From Candidatus Krumholzibacteriia bacterium (lineage in GTDB: Bacteria > Krumholzibacteriota > Krumholzibacteriia > JAJRXK01), in NCBI GenBank assembly GCA_041484665.1, contig JBGPIA010000019.1:17493-81492 (forward strand): a DNA stretch of 64,000 nucleotides, written 5' to 3'. The notes beneath the pieces were generated by a model. The model worked only from the letters and a program-made list of their open reading frames with translations, did no database searches and was not told where the DNA came from. The stretch's first letter is position 1; every line of letters starts with the position of its first letter. Shown piece by piece: positions 10,701-21,500 of this stretch. A program made the position numbers and the translations under genes.

Positions 10701-10911
10701 CCCGGTCGGTGAAGGTGAAGGCGACGATGCGCTCTTTCGGGATTCCGGTGACCCCGACCCAGAGTGCGATGCGCCGCGCGATCACCTCGGTCTTCCCTGA
10801 CCCTGCGCCAGCGATGATCAGCGTGCGGCGCTCGGACGCTTCGACTGCCATGCGTTGTTTGTCATTCAGACCTTCGACCAGGCGCTGTCGGATCTCCGTC
10901 GGAGGCGTCAC
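7771..10911 (-). CDS. UvrD/SF1 helicase fused to C-terminal PD-(D/E)xK nuclease with four-Cys (Fe-S staple-like) motif
   Basis: Helicase motifs AGAGSGKT, VVDEVQD, VGDHRQAIYRFRG, HNYRS, TVHAAKGLE, YVALTRA. Nuclease motif GAIDVI...IDFKSG...QISLY. Cys in LECPH plus CAECDFREFC. GTG start overlaps the dcm stop (GTGA). Confidence 0.9.
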   Translation of the reverse strand: MTPPTEIRQRLVEGLNDKQRMAVEASERRTLIIAGAGSGKTEVIARRIALWVGVTGIPKERIVAFTFTDRAAEEMKFRIRRHLQAITPTGEDATLGGMYVGTIHAFCLKMLRELFPDHYHNFDVIDETARHALIYRGYHGILGLRSFQDALGTGQLQAIDSFSAAYDLLNEYNQLDVALAPEDTPHTIEAEREWCTQAALRTEIGDDEAARAFATAAARYYAYLLCRRFLDFSTSQSELVRKLAAHPDALDRLRRSTTHLVVDEVQDVNPIQNALIILLIGQAGTLTAVGDHRQAIYRFRGSRVTIMSELAAQLQQDADGAVYDLTHNYRSTPRIVSIANRWAATINAIPSLPSPAMEHGRMHRTDQDPTHTALLSLQTRADEAAWITRTIQTLIQPSTQEGAYHDTSAEGERGLTYSDIAILLRSSTNAREYMTALQRAGIPAIFRAGPDLFTQPEVLLFAGALGRAVDLGEFLGAEHGPSFPNQIRTVLGCQPVPEDVVRTACQALTDAGLPLDADADQRIIRAACLIATRLQGEPVDAHERGQVRTRSLAEWLGRPDQLRRVFPQAIYHWLLAEAGIQEWDALGPRGIAAMFHLGQLSNLVKGIETPGWTSPADFKYQIIALCLWGARNARTNEAPLLVQPDAVTISTVHAAKGLEYAAVFLADVCAQRFPNSRARTPPALPFSGAFRDVINPADLADNENNDDERRLMYVALTRAERYAFVSSSGNRHSKFFKELARLIPAVGGAALSDPAGIPGNVTHRRSEPGKEKIRLITSFTDLRYYLECPHDFYLRKVLGFAPTIDQAFGYGRGVHNLMRAIHTNPTHWAALAQDPRALRDAIQDLIRRGLFYLRYTTGDPRANMEAKALAVVTDYIARYAPELQRLHFEPEREFETLLPEEDTLVSGAIDVIRLDDPPRVTLIDFKSGDAESDAATKLDEDEMRLQISLYGLAAKRELEYEPDRGLVRYLGEVDPASQELSIPLSDGALAAAHRTIVETTRRIRGREFHSDPTKGPRDATKRTRCAECDFREFCGMQAARAYRASR

Positions 10912-11984
10912 GGACGTACACCCTTCGAGTAGTGTGTTGGGCGCGTGGCGAGCGCCCGGCGGATTCGGTTGGCGTGTCGACGGACGAATTCGGGGGGGAG
11001 CGCGTTGCCGATCATGAGGGCGATGGCGCACTTGTGCTGCAGTGTAGGGAATTCATACCAGCGCGGGAAACTCTGGAGGAGGGCGGCCTCGCGCATGGTG
11101 ATCGCCCGGTTCTGGGTCGGGTGCAGGAAGCGGCCTTTGGAGGGGTTGAAGCACCCGCTCGTGATGGTGGGCGCGTGCTCATGCCAGGCCATCCGGCCGT
11201 ACACGTCGTGGAATCCGTGGCAGCGGCGGTGGCAGCGTAACTGTTCCGTCTTGGGAAGGTCGGTGCGGCTACCGCCGTCTTTGGGAATGCGCTTGATCAG
11301 GGCGCGCACATGTGGTGCGCGCTGCTCGGGAAGGTCATGGAGGGGGTCGCCGCTGCGTCCCGGTCGGGGGAGCCGCCCGATGGCATCACGGACGGTTCTC
11401 CTCGACTTTGCTCGTGCTGCGAGGGGGATGGAGTATCCGTGGCCAGCGACGTAGATGAGTCGGCGCCGGCGCTGCGGAACGCCGTACTCGGCCGCGTCGA
11501 GCACGCCGTACGTGCCGACGTAGCCGAGCGCGGTCATGCGTGCACAGAAGGCGTCGAAGCGCCTGTTCGAGGCGAGGCCGGGCACGTTCTCAAGCATGAT
11601 TGCCCTGGGGCTGAGTCCTAGGACGAATCGCGTAAAGTCTCGGAGGAGATCGTTGCGCGGGTCGCGTATCAGCCGCGAGCCGTTGAGCGTGCGCATGCTT
11701 GAGAAGCCCTGACATGGAGGACACCCGGCGAGCAGGTCGAGCTCGCCCTTGCGGAGGTTGAGCGCGCGTTTCAGCGAGCGCACAGCGAGCTCTCGAATGT
11801 CGGCTTCCCAGAGGTAGACCTCCGGATGGTTCGCGGCGTACGTGACCACGGATAGCGGCTCATTGTCGACCGCGCCTAGCACGTCGAAGCCGGCCTGCTT
11901 CAACCCGAGCGTTAGGCCGCCGCAGCCGCTGAACAGGTCGACCGCCGTCAGCCGCCGCCCCGATCGCCCTCGCCTTAGCACCAC
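10908..11984 (-). CDS. dcm: C5 DNA cytosine methyltransferase
   Basis: DLFSGCGG, GCPPCQGFS, ENVPG, PQRRRR, REAALLQSFP, IGNALPP. Confidence 0.95.
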   Translation of the reverse strand: MVLRRGRSGRRLTAVDLFSGCGGLTLGLKQAGFDVLGAVDNEPLSVVTYAANHPEVYLWEADIRELAVRSLKRALNLRKGELDLLAGCPPCQGFSSMRTLNGSRLIRDPRNDLLRDFTRFVLGLSPRAIMLENVPGLASNRRFDAFCARMTALGYVGTYGVLDAAEYGVPQRRRRLIYVAGHGYSIPLAARAKSRRTVRDAIGRLPRPGRSGDPLHDLPEQRAPHVRALIKRIPKDGGSRTDLPKTEQLRCHRRCHGFHDVYGRMAWHEHAPTITSGCFNPSKGRFLHPTQNRAITMREAALLQSFPRWYEFPTLQHKCAIALMIGNALPPEFVRRHANRIRRALATRPTHYSKGVRP

Positions 11985-12307
11985 GCTGTCACCTCACGAA
12001 GCGAGAGCGACCCTGAGTTTAAATAGCTTGCCCCAGCACGTCGCTCAGCAAGAACGCCGGTCCTCGTCGGTGGGACATGCGAGATCGAACGACACCCATT
12101 TTCTTCTACCTCTGTCGCAGACCTGCGTCAACGTGAATCGCACCAAGGGGTTGACTCACGTGTACACGTCTGAGTGGGGGGCAGCGACGACCCCCGATGT
12201 CTGCTGCCCTGCAAAGCACAGCGGGCACTTCACGCGCCAAGGGGCCTCAGAGGCCACTGCATTTACGCCCTGAAGATGACGGGGATTTGGACCGGATCCC
12301 CGTCACA

Positions 12308-13066
12308 CTATGGAAGTGGGACCCACTCGTACCACTCCCGCACTCCGAGCAGCTCCGCCCAGGAGTTTGTGATGGCGCGGTCACCCACGTGGCCATGCTC
12401 GGTGGCGTCGCGCAGGAGGTCGTCAAGGCGCACTCCAAGCTCATAGCTTCCTGACGCACGAATCACCGGCGCAAGTGGCGCACCGGTGAGCAAGCTGGCC
12501 TCCAGAGCGAGGGCGACGTTCATCCCCGTACTCGCCGCGTACACCCCCGGGGGCGCCGCGGCCGCAATTCGGGGGGCGAAGTGCGGGACGACATCGCGCA
12601 CCTGACGCACCAGATACCGCTGCTGCTCCTCGCGGTGCTCAGGCACGTCGCGGGCGAGGGCGCGCTCCACGAGTAAGTCCAAGGGCATGCTGGTGACCTG
12701 CCGGACGAGGCCGTGGTAGAGAAACACGGATAAGTCCCGGAACACGCGGTGCGGCAACTCCGGAAAGCGCGCACGCAGCTCCGCCTCCTCAGAGGGGGGA
12801 AGCCCACGATCAGCAGGACTCGCCGGCACGAGGCGCTTCTCGGGTGGGGCAGGCCACAGACGCAGCACCTTGTACGACGCGCTCACCAGGAAGTGCAGCC
12901 AGAACGCAGGGTACTCCGGCACGAACGCAAGATCATGCCACGGCCGGTCTGTGGCGGCCATGCGCAGCAGGAAGTCGTACCCGAGGCCCTCGCGCTCCGA
13001 TAGCACGACGGGGTACCCGGTCTTGTCCGCGGCACGCGTGACCAAACGCGCCGCGTACACCGGCAT
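12308..13066 (-). CDS. Hypothetical protein
   Basis: GGAGG RBS before ATG 13066. About 252 aa of globular-looking sequence ending WAELLGVREWYEWVPLP. Confidence 0.6.
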   Translation of the reverse strand: MPVYAARLVTRAADKTGYPVVLSEREGLGYDFLLRMAATDRPWHDLAFVPEYPAFWLHFLVSASYKVLRLWPAPPEKRLVPASPADRGLPPSEEAELRARFPELPHRVFRDLSVFLYHGLVRQVTSMPLDLLVERALARDVPEHREEQQRYLVRQVRDVVPHFAPRIAAAAPPGVYAASTGMNVALALEASLLTGAPLAPVIRASGSYELGVRLDDLLRDATEHGHVGDRAITNSWAELLGVREWYEWVPLP

Positions 13067-13210
13067 GACCTCCCCGGCCCTCACCAGTCGCATCCACGCC
13101 CGGAAGCACTCGTGGCTTATAAGGCTTGCACCGAAGAACACCACCCCGAAACGTGCACGGGCGGCGAGTGCTGGGCAACGCATCGTCGGTGACGGGCGTG
13201 CAGTTGATCC

Positions 13211-14698
13211 TCATGCCGCGAGCGACTGATCATCACGCCGCTGTCCCGCATCGTCACCGGAGCTGTCCCACGGATCACGTGCGCGGCGTCGCGGTGCTAC
13301 GGGCGTGCCTGCGGCAAGAAGTTCTTGGCCTGTGAGCATGCTCGGCGGCACGCCCACGGGAGGCGTCCATGCGGGGGCAGGCGCGGGCTGCACGAGCACG
13401 CCGGGCGGACGCAGTGCGCCCCGCGGGAAAGCGTGCTCCAACGCTGCCCGTCTGCCCGCAAGCGCTGCAGGGTACGCGGCGCTGCGGCTCAAGCCCATGC
13501 TGTCGGGCGTTGCGTCGTGAGGGTTCGCGGGAACGTTCCACACGAGAGTTGACGCGTCGGGCGGCCGCCACGCCGCATCAGGACCCGGGAGGGCGGGCAC
13601 AGGCGCAAGGCTGGCGCGAGTGTTCGTGGGGGCGTAGCCTCGGGCGGTGTCGTACTCGTCGAGTCCTCCTTGGTCGATGTAGTGCTGCGGCATGCTGCTC
13701 GTCATGCTCCACCCGAAGCGCTTGCACAACCGATAATGCGGTAAGCGGTTCGCCCAGTACGTCGCACTTGAGTGCCGCAGGAGGTGCGGGTACACCCGCT
13801 TGGCGAGCGCGCGTGCGCCGAGGCGGTGCAGTACTCGGCGCGCCGCGTCCGCGCTGATGGGGAAGAGGACCGCGTTCACGTCGTCCGCGTTGAGCGTGCC
13901 GTCACTCAGCACCTTGGGGCGTGCGGGGTGGTCTTCCAGCCAGTACGTGAGCCACTTCGTCGTCGCCGGCATGGGCAGGGCGACGGTGCGGGGGAGGGTC
14001 TTGCTGACCGGGCAGCGCATGAAAAAGCAGGCACGCTCCGGGTCTGTGGGGTCGTAGCGGACGAGGCAGACGTGGTGGAGTCTGACGTTGAGGGCTTCTC
14101 CGATGCGGAAGCCCCCGTCGTACAGGACCTGGATGAGCGCACGCTCGACTGGGCGGCGGGCGCGCTCGATCATCGTCCCGACTTCTGCTTCGGTGAGTGC
14201 GGGGGTCTCCACGTGCGGTTGGCGCGTGTCAAGCCAGGATACGAGTGGGGGGACGGTCCGGCCGTCGCCGTGGAGCCACGTGTAGAATTTGCGGATGCTG
14301 ACCTTCACGCTCCGCTGATAGGAGAGTGAGAGCGGGGTGCCGGCGACGCGCTGCGTGTGCTGGTCGACCCACCGCGTGGCGCGTGAGGTGATCCTACCGC
14401 CTTCGAGTGCGAGTACGAAGTCCTCGAGGTCGGCCTGCGTGATCGCGCCGAGGTCCTTGCCGGTGTGCCGCATGAGGTGGCCGAGGTGCGCGAGGACGAG
14501 AAGGCACTGCCCCGCGCCGATCTGCTTCTTTGAGCGGCCGAATACCGTCTTGCCCAGCGCGCAGTCGCGCAGGTAGCGTGTGACGACTTCCTTGTTCTGC
14601 ATGCTGACAGCAGGGTTCGTCGTGAAGCGCGTCAGCGCGTGCGCGTACGTCTGCGGTGTGTTGCGCGTGTCGATGTACTCATACCCCATGCCTCTCAT
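13211..14698 (-). CDS. Tyrosine recombinase/integrase with Pro/Ala-rich C-terminal tail
   Basis: Catalytic set GFRIGE (R), SKT (K), HLLRHS (HxxR), GW, HYI (Y). GGAGG RBS. Confidence 0.9.
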   Translation of the reverse strand: MRGMGYEYIDTRNTPQTYAHALTRFTTNPAVSMQNKEVVTRYLRDCALGKTVFGRSKKQIGAGQCLLVLAHLGHLMRHTGKDLGAITQADLEDFVLALEGGRITSRATRWVDQHTQRVAGTPLSLSYQRSVKVSIRKFYTWLHGDGRTVPPLVSWLDTRQPHVETPALTEAEVGTMIERARRPVERALIQVLYDGGFRIGEALNVRLHHVCLVRYDPTDPERACFFMRCPVSKTLPRTVALPMPATTKWLTYWLEDHPARPKVLSDGTLNADDVNAVLFPISADAARRVLHRLGARALAKRVYPHLLRHSSATYWANRLPHYRLCKRFGWSMTSSMPQHYIDQGGLDEYDTARGYAPTNTRASLAPVPALPGPDAAWRPPDASTLVWNVPANPHDATPDSMGLSRSAAYPAALAGRRAALEHAFPRGALRPPGVLVQPAPAPAWTPPVGVPPSMLTGQELLAAGTPVAPRRRARDPWDSSGDDAGQRRDDQSLAA

Positions 14699-14767
14699 TC
14701 CTCCACTCCGTCTTGACCGAAAGGCTTAACTACTTTCACCCATCTTCCCCCCGCAACCGCACGTGCA

Positions 14768-14919
14768 GGCATGTGCGCGCGCTACCGGCCGGTAGCCCAC
14801 GCACCGCAGTGCCGTGGCTAGCATCGTCGGGAATCAGCGCGCTCCCAAAGCGCGCTCCGACGAGCAACCACTCCCGGCATGTGCGGGACGAACCCACACG
14901 GACGCCCGCGGCATGTGCG
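14768..14919. repeat. Three direct copies of GGCATGTGCG upstream of the integrase
   Basis: Exact 10-mer at 14768, 14876 and 14910. Confidence 0.6.
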
Positions 14920-15253
14920 TGGATTCCGTCGGGAAAGCCCCGTAGGCTCTCCGTCGAGAAAACACGAGTTTACCGTCGGTGGTTTTCCGGGCGCCTGATG
15001 TGGCGTGCCTCTCGACCCGGGTCGTGGAAGTGGTGGTGGTATTTATATTTTGCGGTTCCAGGTGGCCAGTGGAGCGCCGCGCTGATCCTGCGGGCCGGCT
15101 GTTGAGAAGGAGTCAGCGAGTCGAGAGTCGGGTCAGCTTGGATCTGATGCCCGAGGTAGCCTACCTCGGGCCGTGCCTCTCCCCCGCACTTTCCTGGGGG
15201 GCCTTGTGTCAGTTATCCTCCGGCCAGCTCGCAATCGAAGGAGGGTGGCCAAC

Positions 15254-16111
15254 ATGCGCAAGACGTCGACGCGCGACGCCACGGGCAGTACGGCTCCCGG
15301 GGTGTGGAGGGCGCGCAGGACAATGGTTCGGTACCGGCTGCTCGTCCCATTCGTGTGGTGCGAGTGGGCCATGGAATGGGTCGTATACTGGATCAGACAG
15401 TGGGCGATCGTGGACTTTCTTGAATACGCCGGACGATTCTCGGTGGTCGTTGCCGTGGTACTCTACGTGGGCGGCCGTCATGATCGTCTGAAGCAGAAGC
15501 ATTATCAGGCATGGCAAGTCGTGAACGCCGCGCAGGGGAAGCCAGGCACCGGCGGCCGCATCGACGCGTTACAAGACCTGAACGGCGATCGAGTGTCGCT
15601 CGCTGGCGTTGACCTCTCACGCGGAGCATACTTGCCCAAGATACACCTGGAGGGCGCCGACCTCCGCGGCGCAGAGCTCTCAGACGCCGTGCTCGACAGC
15701 GCCGACCTCGACGCCGCGCAGCTACCGGGCGCCAAACTCCAGGGAACGGACCTGCGCTGGGCGACCCTCCGCAACGCTGATCTGACTGGCGCGGACCTCT
15801 ATCTTGCAAACCTCCTCGGAGCAAATCTACAAGGCGCAATCCTGGCGGCGGGAGCAAGCCTGAAAAAATGCGTCCTCGCGAAGGCGAATCTCCGAGATGT
15901 CCAATTCTGGGGAGCCGACCTTGCCGAAGCCGACCTCCAAGGGGCGAACCTAACGGGGGCCATCCAACTCTCAGCAGCGCAGCTACTCAGTGCGGCCGAC
16001 TGGCGTGGCGCAACCCTCCCAGGCTACCTCAAGGAACTCGAGATCTCCGCGAACGCTTCGCCACAAGATGTTGAAGCATTCAAACGGAGGGCGTCTGCCG
16101 TGCCGCGCTGA
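15254..16111 (+). CDS. Pentapeptide-repeat membrane protein
   Basis: TM segment, then QAWQVVNAAQGKPGTGGRIDALQDL and many A(D/N)Lxx pentapeptides. Confidence 0.85.
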   Translation: MRKTSTRDATGSTAPGVWRARRTMVRYRLLVPFVWCEWAMEWVVYWIRQWAIVDFLEYAGRFSVVVAVVLYVGGRHDRLKQKHYQAWQVVNAAQGKPGTGGRIDALQDLNGDRVSLAGVDLSRGAYLPKIHLEGADLRGAELSDAVLDSADLDAAQLPGAKLQGTDLRWATLRNADLTGADLYLANLLGANLQGAILAAGASLKKCVLAKANLRDVQFWGADLAEADLQGANLTGAIQLSAAQLLSAADWRGATLPGYLKELEISANASPQDVEAFKRRASAVPR

Positions 16112-16589
16112 CGACCGATCAGGGTCTAGACGTGACATAGGCCCTGCGCGTGCCCGCGCCGCGCGGCGCATCTGGCGTCCGAAACTGGTGCGGGCAGCCT
16201 GATACGATGGAGCCAGAGACGGTGCGTGAATCCGGGTCCCGCAGAGCAGTGCTGCGCATGACGTACCAACAGGCAAGCCGCAGGCGCGGCTGGCCGAATG
16301 GCGCGGAGGAGTCGTGGGAACCAAGCGCAAGGCAAAGCCGCGCCTGCTGACCTACAAGGCGGTCCTCGACCCGTGTACGGGGGAGCAGCCGCATCTGCTG
16401 TTCGGCAAGGGCTTTCGCCGTGCGTGCCGCTAGGACATCTTCGCGTATGCCGCGCTCTTCGACCGCGCAGACTTCGCGCAATGCTCCCCGAACGCGCGCG
16501 CAGCCTTCGCCGCCCGGAATGACTGAGATTTGGAGAAGCCAACGTGTGCAACTAAAGGGACACCCGGTCGCAGGCAGGGACACAACGCC

Positions 16590-16991
16590 CAGAGTCCCAC
16601 AAGCGGTCAACCCGGAGGGCGTGACCAGGAGGGGTGCTCGGCAGTCCTGAGCACCTTCGTCGGTGCGCCCCTGGCTACGACGACTCGGCGCAGCTTCGGC
16701 GTGTGCCCCTCTTCCCGCAACCACCGGCCCAAGGTCTGGCCGGTCACGCCCAGCTCGCGGGCGACCTCCTCCAGGCTGGCGCCACCCCCGCGCCGCCGCA
16801 GCGCATGGGCGACCATCCGGCTGCGCAGCTCGGCGGGGTAGCGGTAACGGGTGGGAGGGTGACCAGATTGCTGCCGCCGGGCAGCGGCCAAGTGCGAGCG
16901 AGCTCGATCGTGCATCGTGGACCTCCTTGCGGGGAGGTCACGATGCCCGAACCAGCGATTACAGGCTAGACGGGGCGCGGCGAGTACTTAC
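16590..16991 (-). mobile_element. IS66-family remnant: left IR plus tnpA-like HTH gene, truncated
   Basis: The minus strand begins GTAAGTACTCGCCGCGCCCCGTC (GTAA terminus typical of IS66). AAGGAGG RBS, then RYPAELRSRMVAHA...SLEEVARELGVTGQTLGRW and a frameshifted LVTPSG motif. No tnpB or tnpC. Confidence 0.65.
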
Positions 16992-18509
16992 GGCGAAGGG
17001 GGGCAGTCTGCGCGTGCAGCGTCCAGGCCGCAGGGGAAAGCCGTGTATGCGACATCCACCCTCGATGAGGCGTGGCTCCTGACCGAGCAACAGAAGCGGT
17101 ACGAGCAAAGTACTCGGGTGGCTGCGGCCACCTCGCTTCGCCATCGCGGATGGAGAGCCCGGTGCGTAACGAAAGGCGCACGCCGGGATCGGTGAGGGGC
17201 GCTCGGAAACGGACCCGGCGACGAGCCGAGCACCGCGCCGGGCGCCCACTGTACGATACCGGAACAAGGCGGCGTGGGAGGCAGCGCGGCGGTGAGCCGA
17301 GGCGGCGCCAGCCATCAGAACCCCAACCACCACAACAATATGGTCCGGTTCAGTTCCGCAGTTGACCACTCGCGTGTGGAGGGAGAATCGCCCCCTTTCG
17401 CAGATCACATCTTCGGAACCCAGGCAACACGATTGCATCTTGACATCCGCGAGCACCGCGCCCTAGATTGACACGCAACTCGCTGAGAACCGGCCATCTC
17501 GCGCACCGCTCCCTTGGCCAGGCTCCCACCGAACACCCCAGCGAGTCCGTAGCCGGCTGAGTAGCCTGCTCGTCGATTGTCGGCTTCCGAGCGATCTGCC
17601 CGCGTAGTTGCACCCAGACCGCGTGTCGTGCACGGAGGGTCTGAGGTAGCGGGACGGACGGGCGTTCTGGCGAACGCCGGGACCTCGTCGGCGTCCGCCC
17701 ACTTCGACCCGCAGGCAAGAAAGTCACGCTCATGCCGAGCTACCGCGAGGGACTTAGAGTCACGGACGACAAGCGAATCATTGACCTCACCATTTCTAGC
17801 CGATCACACCCAGGAGGGTACGACGACCCTCAAGGCAAGCCACGGCGACGTCGTAAAGGAGCGGCAGGGTCCGCTCGCGGCACTGATCGGCCACGCCGCG
17901 GAGCTAATGTCAGCGGCAGGCTCTCGCGGACCAGCGAACGGCGCGTCTGGAAGGCTGTGCGCGGGGAGCGGAGGATCAGCGTGAGCAAGGCCGCCGTGTT
18001 GGTTGGTGATTCTTGGCGACGGAGCTTGGTGCAACTCTCTCTTCTCGATCGTGGCCCTCCTTTGTTCTTGGCGCCGAAACGCCATGGCTCTCATTGGGTT
18101 GAGGACCGCCGTCAACTTTCCATGCTTCGAGGGGCAACGCCCCTACGACCGAAGCGGATTGCGATCCTCAGCCGAGGCATACGCTCCGATCGGCTGAATG
18201 TTCACAGAATTGTTAGACGTACCGCTTGCAAATCAACGCCCGCCGGCCTCGCCGAACAGTCAGAGGCTCCCACGTTCGCGGGGAACGTGCGTGCGCTGGC
18301 ACGAACCAAACGGTTCGAGCGCGATCAGGGTCTAGGCGACGATGCTTCCATTGGTTGGTCCGTGTGCTGTTCAAGTAATCGACTCGCGGAAATGCCCGCG
18401 GGCTTAAGTCGCCCGCGGGCCCGCCGAGCGTGAGATCCGTCTTGGCGAAAGGACTGAATTCGCCGTACGCGGCAGTCGTCCTAGTTGGCTTCAACGCAGG
18501 GAGTGTGCC

Positions 18510-21500
18510 ATGTACGTTACACGATCCGTGAAGCGAGGCCTCAAACCCTCGAGAAACTCCTCTTCGCGATGTGCAAGCATCGTTGCGACGCTGATTTGTC
18601 TCCTATGCGTTGCGCCGAAGGCAGCGCTCGCGCAGAGTGACCCGGAAGGTGACGGGGAATGGGCAGGCCCGTGCGACAGCAGCCCCGCCCCTGACCCCCC
18701 TGAGCAGTCCATTCATGCTGCCTTGACCCACCTCGGGCAGGTCATCACGTGGACGTTCAACACTCAGCTGAACTCACTGAGGCGTGTCCATGCCTGGCAG
18801 TTCGACGCATCGGTGGATCCATGCAATCCGAATAGCATTACGTCCTTCGCCTACCCCCCCAAGCACTCAGGGTGGCCGGGCACGAGCGTTGATGGGGATG
18901 GCCACACGTGTCAATTCCCGAGTGATCCGAGCCTCACGCACGAGATTGCATGCGCGGGCCAGACGTTCCTGGCGAACGGCGACCTTCTCTTGGTGGGGGG
19001 TGGCGAGATCGGCCAAACGCCGACCCAAATCCATGGTGCCGTGTGGCGTCTCAACCCGTCGACGCTCACGTTCTCAGAGGAACAGGCACTGCATCATGGG
19101 CGATACTATCCAACGCCCCGACTGGACGCCTATGGAAACGTATTCGCCATCTCCGGTGAGGAATGCGAGCCGGGCGCGTATCCACGCCTCACGATTGTTC
19201 ACGAGTTCATTCGTGATACTGATCTGCAGGGCAGCGCGCCATGGGTTCAACTCCCCAACGGGCCAAATTTCGATTCAGACTACCCGTTCATCAACTTCCT
19301 GACGTGGCCCAGCACGTTGAATGGAAGCTTGTCCCTCATCGGAAAGCTTCCCGATCACAACTGCGTGATCCGACAACACACCAATCCCGTGCACTACCCG
19401 AATACGTTTCCCGGGCTGGAGCCGAAGCACTTTCGCCTTGACTTCGATATCAACACCCCCGCCAATTCGGTATGGAGCGAATTCGCAGACTGGCCGGAAC
19501 CCGACTTCGCCGCGCACATGGAATCGGCGACAGCAGTTCCTCTCGTGTACCACGCCCCCGGCGTCACACCCCCTTCCGATCCCGCATCCCGCGAGCTGCG
19601 CAACGGCAGCATTCTCGTCTTTGGTGCTGGGCGCAAGTACGAGACGCCGTACGTTCGAATGTGGCTCGCACCCCTTGCCACGGATAACCAGAACCTCAAC
19701 AGCAACGGTAATGGTACGTGGATCAGCTCCCTTGACACTGGAAACCCGATACCAGCAACCACGTACGCCCGCAACGAAGCGAACGCCGTCATCCTACCCA
19801 ATGGACGCTACCTGGTGATCGGGGGCGGTATTCACCGAATCGGAATCGACCCATGCCCATGCAGTTGCCCTACACTCACCGGCGCGCCTGACCAGTATGT
19901 GCAATACTACAGGTCGTGTGCTGCAGTGCGGCCCGAAATGTACGATCCGGTCACAGGGCAAGTGACGGTGCTCGCAGCATCGCCGACGCAGACGCCCCGT
20001 CTACACCACTCTGAGGCGCTCCTCCTGCCAGACGGCCGGATATTCGTGGCGGGCGGTGAGTACAAGGACGTCAGCAATCCCCCCCCGCCCCCCACCACGT
20101 ACACGCAAACGACGTTTGAGATCTTCGCGCCGCCATACATCTTCAAACCCAACCGCCTTAGTATCGTCTCTGCGCCCACAGAGTTTCACTACGGCTATGA
20201 GGCTGGGTTTCGAGTCTCGGGGGCGCTAACGGGGGACATTCGGGTATTGCTGATCAGGCCCGGATCGGCGACGCATGGCCGCAACTTCGACCAGCGAGCC
20301 GTGCAACTGAAGATCAACTGTATCGGGAGCGCGTCAGGTGGCTCGACGCCGATCAGGGTACAGGTCCCGGCCCAAAGCACCGGGCTATTGCCGCCAGGAT
20401 ACTACATGCTCTGGATCACGAAGCGGGACGCGAGTGGCGAAGACGTCCCGTGCGTTCGCGCAGCGTTCGTTCAGGTAACGGCGAACCTCGAAAGTACGGG
20501 AGAGGCCTGCACTGCCGGCGGGTGTCCATTCGTCTGGGGATGGGATGGGAAAGAGATGCGTATCGCGAACAGCATTCTCGGGCAGTCCGAGCGCGATGCG
20601 CTGAGCGATCGCTGGGTTAAGGACGTCTATCAGCTCCCCGAATGGGTCAAGCCAGACAACGAACGGATCGTCATGGAAATTCGGGAGGATGAAGAGGAGG
20701 TGTCCTATATCAAGAGTGCGCGATTGATGTACATCGACACGGATGCCAACGCCGAGCTAATTGTTGGAAGCAATGGGAACGTAGCCGCCTACCACCAGTT
20801 GACAGCACCTGCGCGAAGCTACATGGGGACAATTGACCGATCCGTAGAAGACCTGCTCGAGAACCGCGACGGTCGCGCGGTCCAAGGGAAGATGGGTGAG
20901 AGAGTTGTGGTCGAGTTTGCCCGCGCAAGCGCGGGGTCGGGGCCAGTGATCATCCGACCCTTTAGCAAGCCGAATCCGAATGGCGGCTTGCGCCTAGAGG
21001 CGCGGCGCGGCGCGGGGTGGAAGCTCGTGGACGTCATCACCCCGCGGGAGTTCGCCCAGGACGAACTCGCGTCGTTGGAGGGCGTGGGAACGGATGCAGA
21101 GGAGCCACTCGTGCTCCGGTTGTCATGGGAGGGATCTCACGGAGTAGACTTCGTGGGCCGAGCAGCAGGTGTCCCGACAGCCTGGACCGCCGAAGAGCGG
21201 AGCCCATCGCTAGCGAGACACAGCGTACTGGGCGACGTGCGCTTGCAGATAGAACGCGTCGACGGGAGGGGGGTCGAAGTGCGACGTGGTCAGGCCTTGC
21301 GCCTCGAATTCCCCCGGATCGACACCGCAGTAGGTAAGCGCCAAGTTCTGGCGCTCGTTGTGGAGGGACGTTACTTCCACGAGGAATCCGGAAGTTCGCT
21401 GCCGGAGATTCTTCCACCATCGGCCCTCGTGCTCAGTGATATGCGACCGAACCCTGCGGTGGCCGACGTGCGAGTAGCCTTTGCGACGGAACGGGCTGGG

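Noticed and set aside
16300..16530. Protein-like + frame with an in-frame TAG, suggesting stop-codon recoding
   Set aside because: The fragment is short and lies beside an IS66 relic. TAG ends several intact genes in this window, so decay is more likely.
17000..18500. Possible decayed genes (including AraC-like traces) here and at 21700-22900 and 30000-30850
   Set aside because: Only vague resemblance, with multiple stops and no diagnostic motif; this cannot be supported without a search.
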